NCBI GenBank assembly: GCA_010093995.1
Contig: ML992509.1
Span: forward strand, 1,387,850 to 1,435,814
Direction of reading: 5' to 3'
Length of the DNA stretch: 47,965 nucleotides
Source of the DNA: Elsinoe ampelina
Lineage: Eukaryota
Part shown: positions 37,259 to 47,187 of the stretch, one piece after another
Numbering within the stretch: the stretch's first letter is position 1
Layout: each line of letters opens with the position of its first letter
Notes under the pieces: generated by a model
Databases searched by the model: none
Told to the model about the DNA's origin: nothing
What the model saw: only the letters and a program-made list of their open reading frames with translations
Position numbers and translations under genes: made by a program

Positions 37259-38264
37259 ATGTCAAAGTTCACCTTCGCCCTTATAGCAGCAGGTTCCGCA
37301 GCCGCAGGAGCTGCCGCGGCCACAGTGGTACTGTCCGGTCAACGTAGACAATCCCCGTCGACACCGACGATAGCCACAGCTCCGCAGACATCTACCATCG
37401 TCGCTGCTGCACCTGTCAATCCTTCGGGCGTCTTCCAGTATGGATTTCCCGGGCCCATCTCCGACCTACGACCAGCTCATTCCCTCACATCCTCCTTCGA
37501 TCGACGTACACGTAACCCTCACTGGGTTGCCGAGCACATCACCCCTGCGTCGCTGGCGATGCACAACGGAGACAGACGTCACTCTAACTTTGTCGAGGAT
37601 GAGTCGATACCTGAAAAGTTTCGAGCAAAACTGAAGGATTACTATAGATCAGGATACGACCGAGGACATCAAGTGCCGGCGGCCGATGCAAAGTGGTCTC
37701 AACCAGCCATGGACGATACATTCGCACTGAGCAACATGTGTCCGCAGGTAGGAGATGGATTCAATCGGGACTACTGGGCACATTTCGAGGACTTTTGCAG
37801 GAGGTTGACAGCCAGGTATCCAAGCGTCAGAGTTGTCACGGGTCCCTTGTACCTGCCGAAGAGAGATCATGACGGCAAGTGGAGGGTGTCATACGAGGTG
37901 ATCGGCAGCCCACCCAACGTGGCAGTACCGACGCATTTCTATAAAGTTATCTACGCCGAAGACGGGCGGCCGGAGGGCCAAGTTGCGGTTGGAGCATTTG
38001 TGCTCCCCAATGCTGAGATAGCAAACAACAAACCGCTTGGGGATTTCGAAGTGCCGGTCGAAGCGGTGGAAAGGTAAGTGATCCGGACTCGCTGGCGACG
38101 TATCTGACATCCTTCCCAGAGCCTCAGGTCTGGAGTTTGTAAAATTGCTGCCCCCAGCGAGGAGGAGGAAGCTCTGCGCAGACGTAAGCTGCGCTCTTGT
38201 GGTGAAGGAATACAAGGAGCGGCAGAAGAATATGACCGGGCCGGCGCCAAAGGCGTTGCGGTAA
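37259..38264 (+). CDS. NUC1: Mitochondrial DNA/RNA non-specific endonuclease (EndoG) (intron 38074-38119)
   Basis: YGFPGP, SGYDRGHQVPAAD (DRGH active site), LSNMCPQVG.GFNRDYW, VAVPTHFYKV, and spliced ERASGLEF. Confidence 0.95.
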
Positions 38265-38520
38265 TGCCGTTAGGACCGCTCAGTCTCGAAATCCATGAGG
38301 GTGGCATCTGCTGTTGCTGTAGTGAAGCCCCGGACGTCAGATCTACGACATCAATACGCTACTTCATCTTCGGGGCCCGCGGGTCTGAACATGCGGTGGG
38401 TGTGCCCAGCGTTCAATATAGCATGACGGTAATGTATGATGCTGTACAGAAGCGTGTCGATGTTCCAGGGGATCGATCCGCTTCGGACGTGATGAATGAC
38501 CGGTACTCCATCAAGATGTT

Positions 38521-38711
38521 CTATCGTGTTCGTCTATTGTGTTCGTCTATTGTGTTCGTCTATTGTGTTCGTCTATTGTGTTCGTCTATTGTGTTCGTCN
38601 NNNNNNNNNNNNNNGTGTTCGTCTATTGTGTTCGTCTATTGTGTTCGTCTATTGTGTTCGTCTATTGTGTTCGTCTATTGTGTTCGTCCGTCGTGTTCGT
38701 CTATCGTGTTC
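38521..38711 (+). repeat. 13-bp minisatellite (GTGTTCGTCTATT)n with an internal N gap at 38600-38614
   Basis: About 13 visible near-perfect units, with variant end units (CTATCGTGTTC). The assembly breaks inside the array, so the true copy number is unknown. Confidence 0.97.
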
Positions 38712-39501
38712 CATAAGCAGCTGCCACCTGCTCCAACCACCATACATGTATCCGTGGATCTCCCGTAAGCTCTGGATGAAAACTCGTGCCAACAACGTTG
38801 CCCTGTCTAACCGCCACAATATCGCCATCCTCTCCAAGATCTTTCGCGGTGACCTCTTTGTCTCGCAATGCTCTTGCCCTTCCTGGCAGGCGCGCCAACA
38901 CTTCAACCCGGTGTCTGCCGTCTACATAACCGCTCTCCACGGCAGGTTTCTTACTTGGTGCAACCACAGAATTGTCCGTGATGTCCTGCTCTTTGCCTGG
39001 CTGCTGATCCAGCAGCTGCTCCACCACTGGTGCTCGAATGAAGACGCTTCTGAAACGTTGTTCACCTCCGTCTTCCTTACCGAGGAATGGAAGATCAAGC
39101 TCCGCTTCGAAGCTTTCGGTCTGCCGGCCAAAGTGGTTGCGGTTGACTCTGACATCCAGACCTCCTATGAGTTCTTGCCCGGTTGCCTTGGTCCGGTTGG
39201 CGCTCTCAGCCAACAAGATCAGGCCCGCGCAAGTGCCCCAAGCTGGTTTTCGTTTGACCTTGACGAAATCTCGGAGGGGTTCGAGTAGGCCAGACTGTGC
39301 AGCGACGAATGACATCGTCGTGCTTTCCCCGCCAGGTAAAACGAGAGCGTCGCATCGTGCAAGATCCGCGGGAGTCCTGACCTCGGCGAAGGTGAAGTTG
39401 TGTGATTGGGATTTCGCGAGGATGGCGGCAGACTGGCGTAAGAGGACGAGATGTTCGTGGAAAGCGCCTTGTAGGGCAAGAACGCCAATATGGAGAGGCA
39501 T
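38701..39501 (-). CDS. SNO1: Pyridoxal 5'-phosphate synthase glutaminase subunit (Pdx2/Sno)
   Basis: IGVLALQGAFHEH, LPGGESTT, WGTCAGLILLA, RNHFGRQTESF, FIRAP and SFHPELT. Start taken as ATG 39501 (MPLHIG). Confidence 0.95.
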   Translation of the reverse strand: MPLHIGVLALQGAFHEHLVLLRQSAAILAKSQSHNFTFAEVRTPADLARCDALVLPGGESTTMSFVAAQSGLLEPLRDFVKVKRKPAWGTCAGLILLAESANRTKATGQELIGGLDVRVNRNHFGRQTESFEAELDLPFLGKEDGGEQRFRSVFIRAPVVEQLLDQQPGKEQDITDNSVVAPSKKPAVESGYVDGRHRVEVLARLPGRARALRDKEVTAKDLGEDGDIVAVRQGNVVGTSFHPELTGDPRIHVWWLEQVAAAYGTR

Positions 39502-39648
39502 CGTGCGTTGTCTGTTGATACGAAGGTGTGTCAAAAAAAAAAGTGCAGTCGCCAGGGTGAATCCGCGGCGGGGTCGGCAGCGAGATACAAACTGCGATAA
39601 CGACGCTGGACGGTTGCACCCATCCCGACTTTCAAACACTGTCATGTC

Positions 39649-40902
39649 ATGAACACACTCCTCTCGCCCCTGCGGCTCCATGCTGCCCATGCGTTCCGAT
39701 GTGTTCTACCTAGTGAAAGTTCCAGCTTGATGAATCAAATCGGATTGAGCCGATACAGGAAAACACTATTGAGCCAACCATGGCAAATCAACGCCAAACG
39801 AGGTCTACTCACAACCACGCTCTCGGACCCTGGGATGTTGTCGATGTTGCCGGCAAATATCATGACTGCCTTGCATGCCACGGGTATGCCATGGATTGTG
39901 ACTCTGCCAGCGACCGCTTTACTGATTCGTTCCACACTTGTGTATCCAATTGTGCGGAGACGGCGCAAGAATCTGACCAAGCTGGCGCTGCTTCAACCCT
40001 TGGTGGACGCACGAATATCGCACAGAGTCCTTAGCGATCAATGGGCACAGTCCTCAAAATTCAAAAGCTCACAAATCTTTGGCGACAAGGACAGAGCTAC
40101 CAGGAACATTCGATTCGCCCGACACATCGAAGAGATTCGACTGGAGCGCTACTTTCGAATCCCCACCGCCCGCTACACGTCCAAGGTCGTGCCAATCCTC
40201 ATCCTGCTCGCTGTATCTGAAGGTGTCCGTAGGGTCTGTGGCATGGACAGAGGTCTGCTAAGCATACTCTTCGGACCATTCCAGCCGTACATTGAAAAGG
40301 TCCTCACATCAGTCAGGAACGCCACGCAGATGGAAGTCACCGTCGGAAGGGAAGGTGAAACGAGGACAGAGCTGTTTGGTCACACAATCGAGATGATGTA
40401 TAAGGACTTTCACGCAGACACTTGGATGCAGCCGTCAATGAGAGAGGGAGGGCTGCCATGGTGCCCGGATCTCACACAACCTGATGCAACACACGTCCTA
40501 CCTGTCGTGTTCAGCGCCACCTTCTTTGCATCCGTATGGTTCAGTCCCAAGGAAGTCAAAAGAGGCAGCTTCTACAGTCAGTCAGAGTCCTCAGGCACAC
40601 AGTCTGGTCCGAGCGGCAAGCCCGCAGATACCAGTTCGAACGACAAACCAAGGCGAACCTTCTGGCAAAAGTTTATGCTGGGGATGGCAGTTGTGTCGCT
40701 TGTTCCGGCTTGGAATATGCCGACTGCGCTGGTTTGGTATTTCATCTCCAACATGGCTGTCTCCCGATTGCAAACAAGACATCTCAACATGAAATTCCCT
40801 ATAACGGTGCCTCCTTTGGCTTGCAAGACGAGAGCGAGGATGATGTCGGCAACCGACAAGCTCGATTTAAGGCCTGTACTCGGTCCATCACGGCGCCCAT
40901 GA
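39649..40902 (+). CDS. COX18: Oxa1/YidC-family mitochondrial inner-membrane insertase (Cox18-like)
   Basis: Presequence, LHATGMPWIVTLPATALLIR, EGGLPWCPDLTQPD..LP, and MPTALVWYFISN. Confidence 0.75.
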   Translation: MNTLLSPLRLHAAHAFRCVLPSESSSLMNQIGLSRYRKTLLSQPWQINAKRGLLTTTLSDPGMLSMLPANIMTALHATGMPWIVTLPATALLIRSTLVYPIVRRRRKNLTKLALLQPLVDARISHRVLSDQWAQSSKFKSSQIFGDKDRATRNIRFARHIEEIRLERYFRIPTARYTSKVVPILILLAVSEGVRRVCGMDRGLLSILFGPFQPYIEKVLTSVRNATQMEVTVGREGETRTELFGHTIEMMYKDFHADTWMQPSMREGGLPWCPDLTQPDATHVLPVVFSATFFASVWFSPKEVKRGSFYSQSESSGTQSGPSGKPADTSSNDKPRRTFWQKFMLGMAVVSLVPAWNMPTALVWYFISNMAVSRLQTRHLNMKFPITVPPLACKTRARMMSATDKLDLRPVLGPSRRP

Positions 40903-41403
40903 GCAGGATGATAGGGAGGTCTTGGTAGCGTAGAAATCGAAGAAATATCGTATCCAGCATGCATGATCGTGGGTGACCAGAACAATGGCTTGATGTGACC
41001 ATCGTCACTGCTGAAGCGATCCACTGTGTGAATCTCCGTTACGCGTATCCTGTCCGAGCCCTGCGAAACCGTCAGTAGACCGCCACAAGCAAATTGAGCC
41101 CCGCGAAATCAGCAGCTAGGAGTATAGGATCCGAGATCTGTGCATTGGTCATTGAGTTCCCCGGGATGGACGCCAACGAGCAATGCCCGATGATGTAGCG
41201 ACCGTGCGCCGGTCGGTAGATGGCTCGCATCCCTCGAGCCGTCCTGGGTGGCGTACCGCTAGCTGCTTCATGCACAGCAAGGAGGACGAGGAAGTCTCTC
41301 TATTCGTCAATCTATTCGTCAATAGAGGCAATCCCCTCTCTATGGAATGTCGAGCGCGCTCCCGAGTATGTACATGACGTTCCCCACCTAGACCATATTC
41401 ACA

Positions 41404-42534
41404 TCACCGCTTCGGCGTTTCCGGCTTTTCAAACAGGTACAGCCCGACTCCCCAAACCTCACCCCCACCGTATGCGAAGAGCTCTGCACAAGCAGCATAG
41501 AAGACCTGCCACCTGTAGAACCACATCCTCGCCTTGTCCTTCCCGTACGTTTCCTCCAAATGGGGCCAGATCTCAGTCTTATTCGCGTTCATCTTTGCTA
41601 GCCAGTCCTCACACGTCCTCGCATAGTTCTTCCCATTGACGTACCACTGCCGTCGCAAGTTCAGATCCTCCTGGAAATACGTCAAGAGGTCCAGACTTGG
41701 CATCGTACCACCCGTGAAGAAGTGCTCCGTCATCCAGCCGCTCTCGAAATCGTACGGGGTATCCTTGTGGGCGAAAATGTGCACAAATGCCATCCCCTTC
41801 GGCTTCAGCAGGTCCGATACCTTGCGTAACAATTTTGCGTAGTTCTTCATGTGCTCGAACATCTCCACGCTGACGACTCGATCGTATGTTCCCTGTCTGT
41901 CTGCCGGTACCTCCCATGTGCTTACATCTCCGGTCACTACTTCTAGATTGGTCAGTCCTCGCTCTTTCGCCTTCCCATCAATGTATATCTTTTGCGTCCG
42001 GCTGTTGCTAAATGCTGTGACCTTTGCCTTGGAAAATCGCTCGGCCAGGTACAAACTCAGACTACCCCATCCACAGCCCATGTCGAATATCCTTAAGCCA
42101 TCCTCGATCCCCGCTTTCTCCACGTACAGTCCCATCATTGCCTCCTCTGCCACACTGAGCCTTCTCTCGATTGCTCCTGACCCTTCCCCGAGAACACCGT
42201 CTAATATCCCCGCGCCTAGAATTCCCTCGACTTCCTTTCCCTGCTCGTCATAATATAGACAACATGAGTATTTCATCCTCTTGCCTAGACAGGCTGCTAG
42301 CACCCCGGTCCCGACTTCGTAGTGCTGCTCGTTAGCCTTCGGGGTCTCGATTGCGATTGGGCGTGTACGGAGGAGATCGATATAGTGCATCTTCGAGGCA
42401 TAGGCGGCGGAGAGTGAGGTAGAGGCAATCTGGGTAATGCGGGAGCGAAGCTGCGCGCGAATTCCTTGACGGATAATGGGAAAGGGGAGAACCCCATTAT
42501 CGAGTAGGATGTTGACGAGCGTGTCGTAGTCCAT
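41404..42534 (-). CDS. SAM-dependent methyltransferase, coclaurine N-methyltransferase/CMAS-like
   Basis: ANEQHYEV, LGKRMKYSCC, DMGCGWGSLSLY, SNSRTQK, VSVEMFEHMKNY, HFFTGGTMPS and ACAELFAY. Confidence 0.92.
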   Translation of the reverse strand: MDYDTLVNILLDNGVLPFPIIRQGIRAQLRSRITQIASTSLSAAYASKMHYIDLLRTRPIAIETPKANEQHYEVGTGVLAACLGKRMKYSCCLYYDEQGKEVEGILGAGILDGVLGEGSGAIERRLSVAEEAMMGLYVEKAGIEDGLRIFDMGCGWGSLSLYLAERFSKAKVTAFSNSRTQKIYIDGKAKERGLTNLEVVTGDVSTWEVPADRQGTYDRVVSVEMFEHMKNYAKLLRKVSDLLKPKGMAFVHIFAHKDTPYDFESGWMTEHFFTGGTMPSLDLLTYFQEDLNLRRQWYVNGKNYARTCEDWLAKMNANKTEIWPHLEETYGKDKARMWFYRWQVFYAACAELFAYGGGEVWGVGLYLFEKPETPKR

Positions 42535-42702
42535 GATATGTCAAGATCGGAGGAGGTGGGAGGTCTCGGGAAACGAGCGGTGCATTTACAATTCTGTCTA
42601 TCGCCAAGGCGGACGCGTCGGCGCGTCAACCTCAACCACCTCCTGCTTCTGTCTTCCCTTCCACCTTCCAATTCACGGCGGTGAGGCCGTCACATCGCCA
42701 AT

Positions 42703-44301
42703 ATGGCGATCCCCTCCTCCCCGCCCATCGTGGCAGCAGATCTGCCCAGCTCTCCTCCCTTACCCCCAATCGCACCTTTCCAACGCAAGCGGCACTTCAC
42801 GGAGGACGACAACCTCTCGAGCGATCCCGTCTTCTCAGAAGACGGTTCCGAGTGCGACGATAAGCCAGGCGAACGGCGTAAGAGAACGTACAAAGGTCCA
42901 TGGTGGGGGCAACGGATCACCCGTCAAGAATCTCGCAAGCCGTCAAAGTTCGCGGACAGCGGAGTCTGGCTGGCGAGCGAGACGTCGGACGATGGCTTCA
43001 TGCTCGGGCCTGCACAATATGATACTGACATGCCCGTTCAGGAGCAAGACGAACGTGGTGAACAGCATGGCACGCCTAGTCTCATGGATGTTTGCGTAGA
43101 ACGCTCCTTGCCAACTCCCGAGCAGCTGGCTTTGGAGATTGTGCTGGACTGTGTGGAAAACTCGCGAGAGGTGGTGGACCTTTCGTAAGCCATTGACCCG
43201 ATGCAGAATACCTCGACTGACTTTGGACCCAGTGACATGGCGCTCAAGCAACTTTCGGACAACGCCGTCAAACCCCTCCACCAGATGATCCGCGCACGAG
43301 ATATGGATCAGCCAGACTCGGACAACTTCATCTCCCTCACACCTGATATTCAGATATACCTCTCCGGCAATGCTTTGACTTCAATTCCGAATGAGATATG
43401 GAAGTTGGAGAATGTCAGCGTCCTCAGTGTCCGCAACAATCAGATCTCGGAGATTCCTGGCTTTATCTCATCGCTGACACGATTGAAAGAGCTGAACATC
43501 GCCGGGAACGGATTGCATTGGCTTCCATGGGAGCTTCTGGACCTCATTCGTCTAAGGCAGGGTCAAATCCTCCGCCTAATCACACACCCAAACCCGCTTT
43601 GGGTACCTGTCGATGGAGCATGCCTCGCCAGCCAACCACCTGTCTCATTCGCCAATCCCGCAAGCGTGTTGGCAGACCATCAGCCAAGCGGCACTGTCAT
43701 GCTGGAGAGTCATACACCGTCTCACATCACATTGTCGAGTATGATTGCTCGCGTTGCCGCGACATGGCTCGCGCGTCGACAAGCAGCAGAGGATGGCCTC
43801 TCCAATATGGCGCCTGTGTTTGGTGCAGCGACAACGATCCGCTACTTTGACTTGAACGGATTCTTGCTTCGCAAGTACGCTGACTTGCCATCTTCGTCTT
43901 CCGAAGCCTGGCCTGCTGATCTGAATGCGTCACCAGACCTGGATTTGAGTCCGTCCCCAACCCCTTCACTCTTCGACATTGCGGGGAGGTCCATTCGAGA
44001 TCATTATGCCGAGCATGTCGCAAGTTGGCTGGCCAATGGTCAAGTGACTGGTCCCATCCAGCATATGCTCGAGCATCTGCAACAGAATCGCACAGCTCGG
44101 CTGCCATCTTGCTCGGTTTGTGGTCGCCAATACCTGTTCAAGAGGGCAGAATGGGTAGAATATTGGCATTGCAACATGAGTGGTAGTAGTGTACCGTCTC
44201 ACCTGCTGTTCCTGCCGTTCATGCGCAGGACTTGCTCGTGGGGCTGTGTAAGAGTTGCTTGGTGTGAAAGGGAAGCTACGGACATCCCAGGGGGCGATTG
44301 A
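42703..44301 (+). CDS. Leucine-rich-repeat protein with a C-terminal Cys motif (intron 43185-43232)
   Basis: LRR units IYLSGNALTSIP, LSVRNNQISEIP and LNIAGNGLHWLPWEL; C-terminal CSVCGR..EWVEYW..LPFMRRTCSWGC. Confidence 0.85.
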
Positions 44302-45746
44302 GCGGTCACTTGCATGAGCGAATGATATCGACAGAGCACAAGCCCGCCTACACATGTGCAAACTCGTCAGACAATGCACATCGACAAGGAGATAGTCAAC
44401 AGCAAAATGTCAATTGCTCTACTCGGCACGAACGTTCCAGCACACGCAGTACTCCATCCTGCAAAATCTTCCTGTGCCATACTTGATCGGCATCCCACTG
44501 CTTGCCAAGCACATGTTGCACGGATCCCCGCCTCCAGGCACCTACAAGATTCCTCAAGGGATCATCTTGGTCACGGCAGGACCTTCCAGTCTGTCATGGC
44601 AGGAATCTCCTTGAGCTTGAACATCGTATCGCTTGCGGAGTGCTCTCATGGGGTCGTCACTCCTAAATATTGCACATGCTCTGACGAGGACGTCTATCAT
44701 GTACTGGCAATCCTGATAGTGGTCTGTGAATGGCATCTCCGTCCACAGTAGCATTCAATCATCTCCCTCCTCAATGGCCGCTGCCACGTCTCTTCTGTCC
44801 CTGCGATCTTGCTGAGTCAGTCTAGTCCTATTCTGTTTGGAGCACGCATTACTCCGGTCGCTGGCGCTGCTGGGAATGTTGTAGGCTGAGATAGTTGTCA
44901 GGTGACCTGTAAACATCATCTTGGGATAGCATCAAGACACAGAGACAGCATCAAGGACGATGGGCATGGCAATGGAGTCTCACTAGCGCAACGAAACAGC
45001 GCCTTCAATGTGATGGTGGGAACAAGGACCGGGCACCCCTACTTGATACTGGAAAACATACCACACAGCAACAGTAGTACTTGCTTGGCACCACCCCGGG
45101 CGTGTGTCTATACATCGATTGAGGATGCGAACGATTGCTCTGGCGTGCCAGTGGCTGCTCCTTGTCGGCATGTCGCTGGAGTGACACCATTATCTCGCGC
45201 GATGTTCCTGGACATGTCACCTGCGCGTAGTCTTTCAACTCAACAGCAACAGTAGTCTCAAGTACGACTCATCCTGGTCACACATTGGTTACCATGTTCA
45301 CGCAGTGACGGATCGACGCGTGCTACCTAGTCGACACCAGACAGGCAGTGTCCGCAAGGTGCCACATCGCAGTATGTGATCTATGGCGAAGTGTTAATGT
45401 CAAAGACTACGACATCGTGCCTCTACGCCCTCGACAATTCTCCTCCGGCCTGATGAACGGGAATCGAGTGGTGTCCGCTATGGTTCGGAATGAGTGCAAA
45501 GAGGGTCGAGAGTTCCGGCACACTCCGCAACGCAGGCCTCCATGACTTTTGATCGTTTCGATCAAGGTGTGCGTTTTGGTGATTCTGAGCGTTTCAGCGT
45601 GAGCGCTTCGGCGTGAAATATCAAACACGGGTCGCTCCTGCTGTCAAGTGTCGCTTAGCTTTTGGGTCCTAATAAAAGCCGCAATGACTGAACGCTTTTC
45701 ATGGGTGCAGCGGGCAATGCGTCCCGGCAGAAGGCAAATGTACGAT

Positions 45747-45939
45747 TGTTGTGGGCTGAGAAGTAGGTCACCTGACCTGCTACCATCATCATGAAGATAT
45801 CAGGAACGTAGATAGCATCATAGATAACTAGCATGGGAATGTACACGTACAACGCAATAGACTAGCAAATTCAACGTGACGATGGTAGCAAGGCCTAAGT
45901 ATACCTACTCGATACTAGGAAGCAACCCACACCGCAACA
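45747..45939 (+). mobile_element. Solo LTR-like element, copy A (193 bp; strand label is relative only)
   Basis: Starts TGTTGTGG and ends CCGCAACA; aligns end to end with the reverse complement of copies C and D. No matching TSD (cgat/ctac). Confidence 0.8.
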
Positions 45940-46248
45940 CTACTATAGAAATGGACATGTACCACGCAATAGACTAGTAGCTTTAACGTAACGATAGTGA
46001 CATAGCTAGAGCATACCTACTCGATACTAGGAGGCAACTAATGTTACGGAGTAGGTTGCTTCCTAGTATCGAGTAGGTATACTCTAGCCTTATTACTATC
46101 GTCACGTTAAAGTTGCTAGTCCATTGCGTTGTACGTGTCCATTTTCATGTCAGTTGTCTATAATGCTATCTACGTTCCTAATGTCTTTATGATAATAGTG
46201 CTAGGCTAGGTGACCTGCTTCTTAGCCTATAACACTAACACTATAACA
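45940..46248 (+). mobile_element. Truncated solo LTR-like copy B, interrupted by copy C
   Basis: 45940-46041 matches the 3' half of copy A. Its final bases (CTAA-CACTATAACA, versus CCCA-CACCGCAACA in A) resume after copy C at 46235-46248. Confidence 0.75.
46042..46234 (-). mobile_element. Solo LTR-like copy C (193 bp), inverted, inserted in copy B with a 4-bp TSD (CTAA)
   Basis: Termini TGTTACGG...CCTATAACA; CTAA at both 46038-46041 and 46235-46238. Confidence 0.85.
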
Positions 46249-46252
46249 ACAT

Positions 46253-46443
46253 TGTTGCGAAGTAGGTTAGTTCCTTATCGAGTAGGTATACTCTCGCCTT
46301 ATTACTATTGTCACGTTAAAGCTACTAGTCTATTGCGTTGCATGTGTCTATTCCTATGTTAATTGTCTATGATCCTATCTACATTCCTAATGTCTTTATA
46401 ACAATAGTGCTAGGCTAAGTGACCTGCTTCTTAGCCCGCAACA
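46253..46443 (-). mobile_element. Solo LTR-like copy D (191 bp), inverted, probable 4-bp TSD ACAT/ATAT
   Basis: Termini TGTTGCGA...CCCGCAACA. Flanks ACAT (46249-46252) and ATAT (46444-46447) differ by one CpA>TpA change. Confidence 0.82.
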
Positions 46444-46607
46444 ATATTGTTCTTAATCTCTAGGCTTTATTTTAGTTTTCTACTTTAGTGATTGTCTATA
46501 GTCTATCTAATAAACAGACATGCGGAGTGATGCCGCGTTCCTTAGGCGGCTGCCCCTGGCGCCTGGGTGGACGGCTGGCACGACGGCTGGCGCTGGGGGG
46601 GGGGGGG

Positions 46608-46672
46608 NNNNNNNNNNNNNNNNNNNNNNNNNNNNNNNNNNNNNNNNNNNNNNNNNNNNNNNNNNNNNNNNN
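46608..46672. other. Assembly gap (65 N) between a poly-G and a poly-C tract
   Basis: G13, then N65, then C8. Confidence 0.97.
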
Positions 46673-47187
46673 CCCCCCCCTTGCCGGCGCGAGGAGGCAT
46701 CTAGGGCGCCGACCGACGGGTGGACCTACACGCCGCACTCCCCGCGATAATTCCTCGCGTTGGCGGAAGTGTCCAAGCGCGAGGTCCGGCGAGCGACAAG
46801 CGTTGCGGTGCAAGGGTGGCTTTTGGTTCCGAGGTGGAGTAATCTCCCCTGCTGGACCAACCCGCCCTACCTGCTCTAAGTTGCTCGCCCATTAAACCCG
46901 CCGACGGTTTGAGGGTGGTGGTCTAGTGCCCCCACAGGGCTGTTGTGCTTGGAACCCCGGGCGTCTATGTGGTCTACCCGGCCGCGTCGACAAAAGGGAA
47001 CTATATAGCCGCCGGGGCAGTCACTTGTAGACCTATCGTGCACCTCAGATCTCGACCGGACGCCGGCTGTCTCGCGTCGATGGGCGGACCGGCCCGGGCG
47101 GCCACGCGTTGAGCCTTTGCATGCCCTCTGCAGAGCCATCCGGCAGGTCCGACCGAGGCCGGCCCCCCCCCCCCCCCCCTCAGGCAA

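Noticed and set aside
38264..39288. ORFs with repeated SSIVFVYCVRLLC
   Set aside because: Translations of the 13-bp minisatellite across an N gap, antisense to SNO1.
41299..41322. 12-bp duplication TCTATTCGTCAA resembling the 13-bp minisatellite
   Set aside because: Two units with only partial similarity; most likely an independent slippage event.
41404..42534. Secondary-metabolite cluster around the CNMT-like methyltransferase
   Set aside because: The neighbours are housekeeping genes; there is no PKS, NRPS or terpene synthase in the window.
45065..45256. 14-bp direct repeat ACAGCAACAGTAGT at 45065 and 45243
   Set aside because: Only two copies, no terminal inverted repeats or ORF between them; not enough to call an element.
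44302..45746. Protein-coding gene or retrotransposon internal region next to the LTRs
   Set aside because: Only short ORFs, with no gag, RT, integrase or other recognisable motif.
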